Shown here in pieces: positions 46,662 to 47,685 of a stretch of 47,685 nucleotides of DNA; position 1 is the first letter of the stretch, and each line of letters begins with the position of its first letter. The DNA comes from Coleofasciculus chthonoplastes F2-STO-03. GTDB taxonomy: Bacteria > Cyanobacteriota > Cyanobacteriia > Cyanobacteriales > Coleofasciculaceae. The notes beneath the pieces are model-generated. The model saw only the letters and a list, made by a program, of their open reading frames with translations. It made no database searches and had not been told where the DNA came from. Made by a program: the position numbers and the translations under genes. The stretch is taken from contig JAVJWO010000064.1 in the NCBI GenBank assembly GCA_040222015.1, positions 1 through 47,685 of the forward strand, in the 5' to 3' direction.

Positions 46662-47295
46662 ACTATCCTGTTCCTTCACTCTCTAAAATATGCCATTTTT
46701 GTTCTGCGCTACATAAAAGTCTACCCAATAAAGTCAAAATTTTTGAGAATTAGTTATCATGCCATTTTTGGTTCCCCCCGTGCCGCTCAGGGGCAATTCT
46801 GAGTCAGATGTATCAGTTTGTAAATTTTCCAGAGTTGATTACTATGGTATTGAAGCACTGAATCCCCTACTCTCCCTAGCGAAAATCGAGGATTCGTGTA
46901 AAACTATGATAGTTTAAGAAAAATTAAGTCTACGCCAGTTAAATTATAAGCTGGTGACGCTAGGGTGCTTGACACACCCTGTATTCAGGCAAAGTTAGTC
47001 AAATCGGCTGACTTTCTCACAGTTAAGGTACGCCGGGACTCGGCGAAACCCAAGCCGTGAAGGTTTGAAACGCCCAACCCTGAATTAACAGGGGTTAGGA
47101 GATAACACGATGCCCCATAAGGCTTTCCGTCGTGTGCCTGGGAACCCGTTCATCGGGATATATGGAACGAAATTTCCATTTCCATAGAATCTCCCTTCTT
47201 CTAGAAGGGAGATTGTCAAAAATTCCCAGTCTATCGCTGTGGAACTGTCAAGGAAAAAATCCTTGTAAACCCTTAATGTAAGAGGATTTGAAACG

Positions 47296-47685
47296 ATGAC
47301 CATAGCTGTCGGACGCGCTCCCAGCCAAAGAGGATGGTTTGACGCACTCGATGACTGGCTAAAGCGCGATCGCTTTGTATTCATCGGTTGGTCAGGTATA
47401 CTCCTGCTCCCCTGCGCCTACTTGGCGGTTGGAGCTTGGCTAACCGGTACAACCTTTGTTACCTCGTGGTATACCCACGGTTTAGCCTCTTCCTACTTGG
47501 AAGGCTGTAACTTCCTGACTGTGGCGGTTTCCACCCCCGCCAACACCTTCGGTCATTCCCTACTGCTACTGTGGGGACCTGAAGCCCAAGGCGACTTCAC
47601 CCGTTGGTGTCAAATCGGTGGGCTTTGGAGCTTTACCGCCCTGCACGGTGCATTTGGCTTAATTGGCTTCATGCTGCGGCAATTT
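47296..47685 (+). CDS. psbD: Photosystem II D2 protein, 5' part (runs off the window)
   Basis: Not in ORF track: [34 protein letters not shown]...[26 protein letters not shown]...[12 protein letters not shown]. Confidence 0.98.
   Translation, partial: MTIAVGRAPSQRGWFDALDDWLKRDRFVFIGWSGILLLPCAYLAVGAWLTGTTFVTSWYTHGLASSYLEGCNFLTVAVSTPANTFGHSLLLLWGPEAQGDFTRWCQIGGLWSFTALHGAFGLIGFMLRQF

Larger units (their letters stand above)
259..47373. repeat. Dispersed HIP1 octamers (GCGATCGC)
   Basis: Dozens of copies, e.g. near 259, 722, 3767, 9010, 9040, 13876, 16300, 20769. Confidence 0.9.

Noticed and set aside
137..46802. Many 60-150 aa ORFs overlapping longer genes (e.g. 137..361, 1734..2036, 3500..3958, 28251..28649, 31031..31438, 42398..42640, 46106..46438)
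   Set aside because: Shadow frames of well-supported CDSs, with no independent motif or RBS support.
47155..47166. IYG in the psbD-upstream small ORF as a splicease site
   Set aside because: No leader peptide and about 39 kb from the enzyme; likely coincidence.
47085..47384. 99-aa minus-strand ORF
   Set aside because: Antisense to the psbD start; no recognisable motifs.

Overview
Cyanobacterial chromosome segment. Evidence: abundant HIP1 GCGATCGC octamers, ycf4 and the 5' part of psbD, GTAG-type palindromic repeats and heptamer tandem repeats; a filamentous Oscillatoriales-type host is an inference. The left half (about 2.9-16.7 kb) is a composite RiPP super-cluster. It holds at least five double-glycine-type precursors from three leader families, one of which is missing from the ORF track. 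It also holds an APH-kinase plus HopA1-like lyase pair (class V lanthipeptide/thioamitide-type split dehydratase), a PlpX/PcpX-type splicease radical SAM with its PlpY/PcpY-like helper and an XYG-bearing Nif11 precursor, and one shared cNMP-C39-ABC exporter with HlyD and a PpiC foldase. The cluster is bracketed by paralogous HTH regulators with conserved operator-like DNA and followed by a TPR/CHAT protease module. The right half has Ser/Thr kinases and a phosphatase, an ADP-ribosylglycohydrolase, SPFH/NfeD, a CDF transporter, an amidohydrolase, an NB-ARC protein, an AT-rich islet with a degenerate RNase III fusion, and core genes (KAS, cyclophilin, ycf4, psbD). All family calls come from motifs and recall; no database searches were run.
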